Source: Nitrosopumilus ureiphilus
GTDB taxonomy: Archaea > Thermoproteota > Nitrososphaeria > Nitrososphaerales > Nitrosopumilaceae
Length of the DNA: 32,000 nucleotides
Assembly: GCF_013407185.1 (NCBI RefSeq)
Contig: NZ_CP026995.1
Span: 1,043,913-1,075,912, forward strand
Direction of reading: 5' to 3'
This document shows positions 15,638 to 22,848 of the stretch, piece by piece (position 1 is the first letter of the stretch; each line of letters opens with the position of its first letter). The notes beneath the pieces were generated by a model, which searched no databases, had not been told where the DNA came from, and saw nothing but the letters and a program-made list of their open reading frames with translations. The position numbers and the translations under genes are program-made.

Positions 15638-16589
15638 TTAATTCACGGTCTTTTTTAGCCTCGTTTCCACCCATAGTCAAATACCCCTCAGTAATTATTC
15701 CGTTTGCACCACTTTGTAATAGTTCTTCTCCGGAATCATCTAGTTTTGATTCCCGACCTCCGGAAATTTTGATTACTGATTCAGGTAGTAAAAATCGTAT
15801 GACTGAAAAAATTCTTACTATTTCTGAATTTGGAAGATCTGTTTGTAATTCAAGTGGTGTTCCTGGCATTGGAACTAAAATGTTAATTGTTACTTCTTCT
15901 GGATATAATCTTCCTAATTCAAGTGCTAATTCTAATCTTTGCTCTCTTGTTTCTCCTAACCCAATTATTCCGCCAGTACACAATTCTAACCCTGCTTCTC
16001 TTGCAATACTTAATGTCTTTAATCTATCTTCGTAAGTATGTGTTGTACAAATTTCTGGAAATTTAGATTTTGCAGTTTCTAGATTATGATTATATCTTTT
16101 AACTTTAATCTCTTTTAATTTTCTTGCTTGTTCTGGAGTCAAAAAACCTAAACTACACTCAACGCTAATTCCTACTTTGTCATTAATCTCAGTAATGATT
16201 TTACAAACTTTTTCAAAATCTTTTGATGATGGTTCTCTCCACGCAGCAACAAGACAATATGATTCTGCACCATCGTCTTTTGCTTTTTGTGCTTTGCTTA
16301 CCACATCTTCTGGTGATGGTAATTGATATGTCTCTATTCCGGTATCAAAAAATGCTGATTGTCCACAAAATGTACAATCTTCACTACATGCATTTTTTTT
16401 AATGTTGTTTAATTGCTCCACATCGACTTTTCTTCCATTATATTCATGGGTAATTTCATTTGCACATGATGTTAATTCTTTTAAATTCTTTTCTGGAATG
16501 TTCAATAATTTTTTTGCATCATCTGAAGAAACACCAATTCCAGAAAATACTTTTTCTTGACACTCTTTGATAAATTCCAGAGTATTCAT
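15612..16589 (-). CDS. bioB: Biotin synthase (radical SAM)
   Basis: 325-aa ORF with the CSEDCTFCGQS radical-SAM cluster motif and biotin-synthase-like remainder. Confidence 0.95.
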   Translation of the reverse strand: MNTLEFIKECQEKVFSGIGVSSDDAKKLLNIPEKNLKELTSCANEITHEYNGRKVDVEQLNNIKKNACSEDCTFCGQSAFFDTGIETYQLPSPEDVVSKAQKAKDDGAESYCLVAAWREPSSKDFEKVCKIITEINDKVGISVECSLGFLTPEQARKLKEIKVKRYNHNLETAKSKFPEICTTHTYEDRLKTLSIAREAGLELCTGGIIGLGETREQRLELALELGRLYPEEVTINILVPMPGTPLELQTDLPNSEIVRIFSVIRFLLPESVIKISGGRESKLDDSGEELLQSGANGIITEGYLTMGGNEAKKDRELIERIGLQS

Positions 16590-16610
16590 AATGAGAATAA
16601 TAAATACTCT

Positions 16611-16618
16611 ATTTATAA
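16611..16618 (-). promoter_or_regulatory. TATA-like box (TTATAAAT on the minus strand) of bioB
   Basis: Centred about 25 nt upstream of the bioB ATG, in the 73-nt bioA-bioB spacer. Confidence 0.4.
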
Positions 16619-16630
16619 CAATAATGGATT

Positions 16631-16660
16631 GGTTAACCTAATTCTGTCATAGGGGTTAAC
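16631..16660. promoter_or_regulatory. Two GGTTAAC(C) palindromic sites (16631-16638 and 16654-16660), 23-bp period, upstream of the bioB TATA box
   Basis: Read directly: ttGGTTAACCtaattctgtcatagGGGTTAACag. The proximal GTTAAC starts 14 nt beyond the TATA box, the same layout as upstream of rpl3. Confidence 0.3.
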
Positions 16661-16662
16661 AG

Positions 16663-17985
16663 TCAAAGCACTTTTGGCATTGCGGATTTGATGGTTAAAA
16701 TGGTCTTGTCTAAGAGTAAATTTAGTTCTGATTCTGTAATTATTAGAGGAGGAACTAACATGACAATGTTTCCAAGAGTCCTAAGGTAGATTCCGTTCTT
16801 TTTACCCTCTTCAAAAAATATTTTGTTAATTGACTTTTTAGGGCGAATTGGTGTTTTTCTCTTTTTGTTTGATACTATCTCTATACCCATTAGCATTCCT
16901 TTGTGCCTGATGTCTCCCACAATGTCAATTTCTGAAATCTTTTGATAATACTTTTCAAAAATTTTGGATGTATTGTAGATTTTTTTAATAAGATTATATT
17001 TTTTATACATCTTGAGACTTTCTAATGCGACAGCTGCTGCAATAGGATTTCCTGTGTATGTGTGTCCATGAAACAAATGTTTCCAATCATTAAATTCACC
17101 TAAAAATGAATCATACACTTTCTTATTTGTTAAAGTAGCTGCCATCGTTAGATATCCTCCAGTTAGCATTTTTCCATATGCTACTATATCTGGAATACTT
17201 TTCTGTTCTTCATATTGAAACATGGATCCTAGTCTTCCAAAACCTGTTGCAATTTCATCTAAAACAAAAAGCACATCATATTTTTTACATAGTTGACTTA
17301 TTTTTTTCTGAAATCCTTTTGGGTAAATAATTACGCCTCCAGCAACTTGTGCCCCACTTTCCATGATAAATGCTGCAATGTTGGTTTTTTTTGAAAACTC
17401 TTTTTCAATTTTTTCTAAACAATAATTCTGATGATCTAAGAAAGTAAATCCATTTGGAACTCTGTATTCATTTGGTACCGGAAATTGCAATGTTGTAAAT
17501 AACTGTTTTTTAAATTTGCCAAAAAACTCTGGCACGTATCCTACCGACATTGCCCCAAATGTATCTCCATGATATCCATTTTCTAATGTTGCAATTCTTG
17601 TTTTCTTTTTCTCCCCAATGTTTTTCCAATACTGTAGTGCTAATTTGATGGCTATTTCCATTGCAGATGAGCCATTATCTGAATAAAAGACCCTATGCAT
17701 TTTTGGAGATATTTTCACAAGATGCTCAGCTAGTTTTTCTGCTGGTTCGTTAGTTAGATTAAACATAGATGAATGCTGTAGTTTTTTGCTTTGAGTTGTT
17801 ATAGCGTTGACTAGTTCGGGATTTGAGTGTCCCCAAACATTGCACCACATTGAACCTACTGCATCTAGTATTTTGTTTCCTTTTGAATCTGTTAGCCATA
17901 CTCCTTTTGCACTCTTTATTTCGTCAAAAGAATCCCATTCTCTCATCTGTGTATTTGGATGCCAAACAAAACTAGTTTTCTTCAA
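16663..17985 (-). CDS. bioA: Adenosylmethionine-8-amino-7-oxononanoate aminotransferase
   Basis: 440-aa ORF with N-terminal FVWHPNTQM, class III aminotransferase features and the PLP-lysine motif AYGKMLTGGY. The TTG start is required to keep the conserved WHP motif. Confidence 0.9.
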   Translation of the reverse strand: MKKTSFVWHPNTQMREWDSFDEIKSAKGVWLTDSKGNKILDAVGSMWCNVWGHSNPELVNAITTQSKKLQHSSMFNLTNEPAEKLAEHLVKISPKMHRVFYSDNGSSAMEIAIKLALQYWKNIGEKKKTRIATLENGYHGDTFGAMSVGYVPEFFGKFKKQLFTTLQFPVPNEYRVPNGFTFLDHQNYCLEKIEKEFSKKTNIAAFIMESGAQVAGGVIIYPKGFQKKISQLCKKYDVLFVLDEIATGFGRLGSMFQYEEQKSIPDIVAYGKMLTGGYLTMAATLTNKKVYDSFLGEFNDWKHLFHGHTYTGNPIAAAVALESLKMYKKYNLIKKIYNTSKIFEKYYQKISEIDIVGDIRHKGMLMGIEIVSNKKRKTPIRPKKSINKIFFEEGKKNGIYLRTLGNIVMLVPPLIITESELNLLLDKTILTIKSAMPKVL

Positions 17986-18194
17986 ACAAATCTATTATCT
18001 CGGATCTTCTTAATAATCAAACGAAATTAATAATTCTACACTTAATTTTTAGTAATTTTGTGAAGTATTAAAATGAAATTTTGATGTGTTAACGAGTTTA
18101 TTGACAAAGAGTAAAAATGGTATCCCCCCGTTTTGTGAGGGAAAACATACTGTGTTGTCGTAATCCTTAAGAAAACAAGATTTATTCATATTGT

Positions 18195-18572
18195 ATGAAG
18201 TTTCTTCTTGATGAACATGCAGAATATTATCAAAAAGAATTAGAACATCAAAACCATGAAACGGAATCTGCAAAAAAACTGAGAGCCGAAGATCCAAAAT
18301 ACAGAAATGATTACAATTTAATCGAATATGCAAAAGAACACGAAATGACTATCATTACCAAAGATGGTGATTTAGGTCAAGCATGTACTGATAACAATTA
18401 TCCTTGTATTTGGATTACCGATGATAAGATTTTTGAGAAAGTTATTCAACCTGAACTAGATGTGAAAGCAATGAGCTCTCTAGATATGGAATCAATTGAG
18501 GATGAAGTGATTGATGCTTTTAATAAAATTAAGAGTGGTGAGGTATCACGAATGGGTCAAAAAAAGTTCTAA
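18195..18572 (+). CDS. PIN-like (DUF5615 / Mut7-C-like) domain protein with a C-terminal extension
   Basis: 125-aa ORF. MKFLLDEH...NDYNLIEYAKEHEMTIITKDGDLG fits the remembered DUF5615 pattern (MkfLlDEn......D.ei..yA.......itkD.DF). No DUF433-type partner lies upstream. Confidence 0.45.
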   Translation: MKFLLDEHAEYYQKELEHQNHETESAKKLRAEDPKYRNDYNLIEYAKEHEMTIITKDGDLGQACTDNNYPCIWITDDKIFEKVIQPELDVKAMSSLDMESIEDEVIDAFNKIKSGEVSRMGQKKF

Positions 18573-18580
18573 TTAACAAA

Positions 18581-18748
18581 GTGAAAAGAAATCATTACAA
18601 CGTAAAACTACTTCGAGGTTATGGAATTTCAATCTCCCTCAAAAATTCTAAAATCATTCTAAAAAATGGCAGACATGACATCCCAGGAGAACAAGAATCT
18701 AAGAATTATTTTATTTGTAAATTATTCTTAAATTCCTATCGCCAATAA
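18581..18748 (+). pseudogene. 55-codon GTG-initiated ORF; possible remnant of a Cas1/casposase N-terminal domain
   Basis: Manual translation gives VKRNHYNVKLLRGYGISISLKNSKIILKNGRHDIPGEQESKNYFICKLFLNSYRQ. The core YGISISLKNSKIILKNG resembles the first beta-hairpin of archaeal Cas1 proteins as I remember them. The 3' end overlaps the convergent gene 18728..19117. Confidence 0.2.
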
Positions 18749-19117
18749 TGCCACTATGATTCCAGTAATCGTAAGACCAAAAGTAATCCATTTTGCCCAA
18801 TTTGATTTTATGAAATTCTTCCTTACTTCTTTTTGTTCTTCTTTGATTATTTTTTTCATTTTAATTTCATCCATACAAATTGTACAAATTTTTTCATGTT
18901 CATATTCAATCAAGTTTCCTCTTAGGTGTGCTGGTTTACCACACTTTGAACACTTGAGAGAGTAATAATCCTCGATTTCTTTGATACAATCTTGGCAAAG
19001 TAATTTATCCAATTCATGGTTTTTGTAATGAGTCATCTTACCGACATCCGTATCCAATTTATGGCATCTTTCACAGACATTACCTTCTTTTTTGAATTCA
19101 ATACCCATTATGATCAC
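18728..19117 (-). CDS. Tail-anchored double zinc-ribbon protein; probable start ATG at 19108
   Basis: Four CxxC pairs (CERC, CQDC, CSKC, CTIC) and a C-terminal TM helix WITFGLTITGIIVALLAIGI. The GTG at 19117 is part of GTGATCA 3 nt before the ATG at 19108, the same SD-like arrangement as at rpl22. Confidence 0.55.
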   Translation of the reverse strand: MIIMGIEFKKEGNVCERCHKLDTDVGKMTHYKNHELDKLLCQDCIKEIEDYYSLKCSKCGKPAHLRGNLIEYEHEKICTICMDEIKMKKIIKEEQKEVRKNFIKSNWAKWITFGLTITGIIVALLAIGI

Positions 19118-19157
19118 ATGAATTTTGTATGAATTTAAGAATTTTGGAGTTTAGAAT

Positions 19158-19286
19158 CTAATCTTCATCTGGATCATTATCTATTTTTTCAAAAGTCATT
19201 TCCAATCCTTGACATGACTCACATCTCTCCATTATACCAAATTCATTCTTGAACTTGCCTTTCCCATCACATCTAAAACAAGTCAT
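19158..19286 (-). CDS. Possible 42-aa DnaJ-type zinc-finger micro-protein
   Basis: Manual translation gives MTCFRCDGKGKFKNEFGIMERCESCQGLEMTFEKIDNDPDED, with CxxCxGxG plus CxxCxG motifs and an acidic tail. It lies directly upstream of the zinc-ribbon gene on the same strand. Confidence 0.35.
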   Translation of the reverse strand: MTCFRCDGKGKFKNEFGIMERCESCQGLEMTFEKIDNDPDED

Positions 19287-19340
19287 AAATTTTCTACAAT
19301 AATTATGAACTTAAGCATATTGATGAGTTTGGAGTTGTAA

Positions 19341-19353
19341 ATCGTTAAACGAT
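19341..19353. promoter_or_regulatory. Perfect palindrome ATCGTT-A-AACGAT just upstream of the bioD A/T-rich promoter region
   Basis: Read directly. It lies 35-47 nt upstream of the bioD ATG (19388). The core GTTAAAC is related to the GTTAAC sites upstream of bioB. Confidence 0.25.
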
Positions 19354-19384
19354 AAGATTAATCAATTATTATTTTAGATGATAT

Positions 19385-20071
19385 TTGATGGATTCTTTCT
19401 TCATTACTGGAACTGATACTGATGTAGGTAAAACATACGTCACTGCCGGATTGGCAGTAACTCTAAGAAAAATGGGTATTGATGTTGGTGTGATGAAGCC
19501 TTTTGCGGCAGGAACAGCTCAGAAAAAGGGATTCAAATCCGAAGATATAGAAATTTTATCCAATGCTGCACAAGTAAATGATCCTGAAAGTTTAGTAAAT
19601 CCCCAGTTTTTTCCAATTCCGGCATCCCCTTACACTGCTTCAAAGAAATTGAAAATAAAGCCAAAAATTTCAACAGTGCTTACAAATTTCAAAAAACTAT
19701 CAAAACTTCATGATTTGATTCTGGTTGAGGGAATGGGTGGATTAATGACTCCGATTCAGAAAAATTATCATATTGCTAGTTTAATAAAAGATATGAAAAT
19801 TCCAAGTGTGATTGTTACAAGTAGTAGGATTGGCACCATAAATCATACTTTGATGACTTGCATGATGTGCAAAAAATATAAAATCCCAATTCAAGGAATC
19901 ATAATCAATGATTTTGAAAATGGTTATCCAACTCCTCAATTAAAACGAGACTTGGAAGACTTGACAGGTGTTAAAGTTTTAGGTTCAATTCCATTCATTA
20001 AAGATATGAGTGATACTTCATTGAATAGAATATTTAAAAAAAATCTTGACATCAAATCTTTATTAAAATAA
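19385..20071 (+). CDS. bioD: Dethiobiotin synthetase; likely start ATG at 19388
   Basis: 228-aa ORF with the P-loop FITGTDTDVGKTYVTAGL and LVEGMGG. The track start is a TTG immediately followed by ATG. Confidence 0.9.
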   Translation: MMDSFFITGTDTDVGKTYVTAGLAVTLRKMGIDVGVMKPFAAGTAQKKGFKSEDIEILSNAAQVNDPESLVNPQFFPIPASPYTASKKLKIKPKISTVLTNFKKLSKLHDLILVEGMGGLMTPIQKNYHIASLIKDMKIPSVIVTSSRIGTINHTLMTCMMCKKYKIPIQGIIINDFENGYPTPQLKRDLEDLTGVKVLGSIPFIKDMSDTSLNRIFKKNLDIKSLLK

Positions 20072-20080
20072 AATTCAACT

Positions 20081-20629
20081 TTAAATTCGTAAAATTTTGA
20101 ATTTATTTGTGCCACCTACATTGCTAAATTGTGCAATCTCAAATATAATTTTTGAAAAAGAGTTATTTTCTTTAGATAAAATGAATGATTTTTTTGCAAC
20201 TGGTATGTTTTTTGATAACACCAACCAAATGTTTTCTTTTTCATGTTGAATTTTTTCTAATAATGCTATTTTTTCATTAACTATGTTGATATCTGATGAT
20301 TTTGGTATGCAAATTAATAATGACTTTTTTTGATCCTTTTCCAACGTTTTGATATCTGGAATTACTATGTCTAATTCAATTCCTTGATAATCTATTTTTC
20401 TTTGACTTGAAATCAATGCATTTGTTAACAAATAATGGAGTAACCCTGTTGCCAAAACTCCCACTGCTTGATCTTTTTCAGCCATTGAAATTATTTCATC
20501 ATAACAATTGTTGGTAACATTCTCAATTATCTGATCAAATTTTTTCTCAGAAATTAATTTAGGGATTAATTGTGATTTTTCAATATAATCAAATATGTAA
20601 TCTTTTATGCGGTTTGATTCGTCTGACAA
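20081..20629 (-). CDS. Hypothetical protein
   Basis: 182-aa ORF, convergent with bioD. TTG start without an obvious SD, so the true start is uncertain. No family recognised. Confidence 0.45.
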   Translation of the reverse strand: MSDESNRIKDYIFDYIEKSQLIPKLISEKKFDQIIENVTNNCYDEIISMAEKDQAVGVLATGLLHYLLTNALISSQRKIDYQGIELDIVIPDIKTLEKDQKKSLLICIPKSSDINIVNEKIALLEKIQHEKENIWLVLSKNIPVAKKSFILSKENNSFSKIIFEIAQFSNVGGTNKFKILRI

Positions 20630-21096
20630 TGTATTGTTTTGATGAGATGCCCACTTGTATTTGGATTTACCCTAGAATCAATTCTATTTTCCCTATTGGG
20701 TGCTTTGAAAGATCATTATGTATTATGGCTTTTCTTTGAAAGTCAAATCACATCTATAACATTTCCATGCTATAGAATTCATAATTTAACTATGACTTTT
20801 GTTATAATAATGAAGTGTGTACAATAAAACAAATTTAATATCGTATTATGCTGGAAAATTCTTTTTTTCTAATTAAAGACAGGCTTAATTTAAGACCCAA
20901 ATTAGACATGAGTATTGGTTAGAATTGAGTATAAAAGACATCAAGAACTCCTGAAACAAAAAGAAGAACTAGAAAAGAACCGCCCACATGATGTTGATGC
21001 AATGAGGGGATGGAAACATTCTATGAGTAAAATTTTGCAAGAATTGGAATTGTTCAAGTAACAACACGCTTAAGTCCATACAAAATTCAGATAGTT

Positions 21097-21246
21097 ATGA
21101 ACTGTCATCAAAAAAGTGAGGCCCACGTTTGGAGATTTTCAAAGCACACTAAAATGCGTAGATGTGTAAAATGTAAATCTAGAATTCCCATCACCAAAGA
21201 AGAATTTGATCAAAAATGGGGTGTCAAAAAACCCCTAGTCAAATAG
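21097..21246 (+). CDS. Possible 49-aa zinc-ribbon-like micro-protein
   Basis: Manual translation gives MNCHQKSEAHVWRFSKHTKMRRCVKCKSRIPITKEEFDQKWGVKKPLVK. A T7 tract (21256-21262) follows 9 nt after the stop. Confidence 0.3.
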   Translation: MNCHQKSEAHVWRFSKHTKMRRCVKCKSRIPITKEEFDQKWGVKKPLVK

Positions 21247-21348
21247 GCTAGTTACTTTTTTTATCTACAGTGGCTCTATCTTTTATCCTGTTTGTTGGAT
21301 CCTTTGATAAAATCAATAATGGATAATTTGAAACCCTTTTTAGAAAAC

Positions 21349-22743
21349 CTATTCGTTAAAGATGTAGCGTCTTTCGCCTCTAGACTCTCTATCTGTATTT
21401 ACATTAACTAATACAAATTCTTTCTTTGAATGAACCATGGACTCTTCTGGTAGTAGTTTGTTTTCGTGTAATTCTTCATATTCTTCCCATGTCAATTTCC
21501 TTCTGTCCCCAATTTCAGCTTCTAAATTCATATCTTTTACAATCTCTTTGTATTCCGGCTGAATTACTCCACTGAATACCATTGCGCTACTTCCACTTCC
21601 ATAAGACCCGAATCCTACTCTTTTTGCTTCTAATTCAATTCCTTTTTGAAATTCATACTCTAAGCTACTTCTAAATCCTAAATACAATGATGCGGTATAC
21701 AAATTTCCAATCATACTGGATGCAATTAATGAACTTGAAAGTTTTGATTCATACACTTCTTGATACTCACGAGTTTTGGTAAAAAGCTTGGTAAATTCAT
21801 GATCTTTTGCCATAAATTCTTCATCACCCAATACTGATTCAATTGTTCCACGTGGATCTTTTGGTCTAGGTTCTTCAACTCCTATCTCTTGTAAAATTCT
21901 CTTCCATCTTGGTAGCTGACGCCATTCATGTCTTACTAAATATGCCAATGCTTTCTTTCCCATATTACTATAAGGTAAGTGCATGTTGATGTAATCCATA
22001 TGATCTAAAATTGTTTCTCCCGGCTCTATTTTGATTAATCCTGATGCAATTACTTTTTTCTTATATGATTCCAGTGCCTTTCTAACTTGAATCATGTATA
22101 GTAAATTAGAATATTGTCCATGTACAATTGGCGTTTCTTTTCCAAATGGTCTGTAAAAATCATATTCGTCTTTAATTGATGTAGCAGTGACTTTAGGATC
22201 AAATGCCAGTAACCGTGGATTATCGTTAAGCAACATTACTACTGCTCCTGCACCCTGAGTCATCTCTCCACTAGAACCCATGTCGTATTTTGCAATGTCT
22301 GATACTACAACTAGGGCATGTTTGCCCTCTGCTTCTCCTGCTCTAATCCAATTTGTATTGTCATAAAGCGCATATGAACCACTGACACATGCAAATTTAG
22401 TTTCAACTCCTCCACAATGCTCAAAAGCACCTTGACCGTAAACTTGTTCAAGCATTCCAACAACGTATGAGTTCATTGCCTTTGATTCATCAAATGCCGA
22501 TTCTGTTGAAACATACAATCTTCCAATGTCTTCTGGAGAGAGTTTGTTTTTTTGCATGATTCTCAAACATGCATTTGCTGCAAGACATGCTGGGTCTTGA
22601 TTGGCATCAACAATTGCCATCTGAGATACGCCAAGACCTTTTTGTAATTTTACTGGGTCTAAGCCTCTAGCTTTTGCAAAATCAGCTGCATCAATATACA
22701 ATCGTGGGATGTATATTGCAATGTCGTCAATACCAGCTACCAT
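21349..22743 (-). CDS. mvaS: Hydroxymethylglutaryl-CoA synthase (long, bacterial/eukaryote-like MvaS type)
   Basis: 464-aa ORF. GIDDIAIYIPRLYID, STESAFDESKA (catalytic Glu region), KFACVSGSYAL (catalytic Cys), MTQGAGAVVM, MHLPYSNMGKKA and FGSYGSGS are collinear with MvaS as remembered. Confidence 0.9.
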   Translation of the reverse strand: MVAGIDDIAIYIPRLYIDAADFAKARGLDPVKLQKGLGVSQMAIVDANQDPACLAANACLRIMQKNKLSPEDIGRLYVSTESAFDESKAMNSYVVGMLEQVYGQGAFEHCGGVETKFACVSGSYALYDNTNWIRAGEAEGKHALVVVSDIAKYDMGSSGEMTQGAGAVVMLLNDNPRLLAFDPKVTATSIKDEYDFYRPFGKETPIVHGQYSNLLYMIQVRKALESYKKKVIASGLIKIEPGETILDHMDYINMHLPYSNMGKKALAYLVRHEWRQLPRWKRILQEIGVEEPRPKDPRGTIESVLGDEEFMAKDHEFTKLFTKTREYQEVYESKLSSSLIASSMIGNLYTASLYLGFRSSLEYEFQKGIELEAKRVGFGSYGSGSSAMVFSGVIQPEYKEIVKDMNLEAEIGDRRKLTWEEYEELHENKLLPEESMVHSKKEFVLVNVNTDRESRGERRYIFNE

Positions 22744-22763
22744 AAGCTTCGCTCCGATATTTC

Positions 22764-22771
22764 ATTAATAA
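22764..22771 (-). promoter_or_regulatory. TATA-like box (TTATTAAT on the minus strand) of the HMG-CoA synthase gene
   Basis: Centred about 25 nt upstream of the ATG at 22743. Confidence 0.35.
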
Positions 22772-22848
22772 GGTTATTGTGTAAATTCTGACTAACTAGG
22801 AAGGAAATTTTCCTAATTTTTTTAAATTATTTATTAATAATTTGATCG

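Noticed and set aside
18049-18333. 94-aa minus-strand ORF overlapping the 5' end of the PIN-like gene
   Set aside because: The translation is Phe/Leu/Asn-rich noise. The plus-strand ORF has a recognisable domain pattern.
20072-20104. 8-bp inverted repeat AAATTCAA / TTGAATTT between convergent bioD and ORF 20081..20629
   Set aside because: The stem is almost pure A/T with a 17-nt loop, so it would be thermodynamically weak and is easily produced by chance in this composition.
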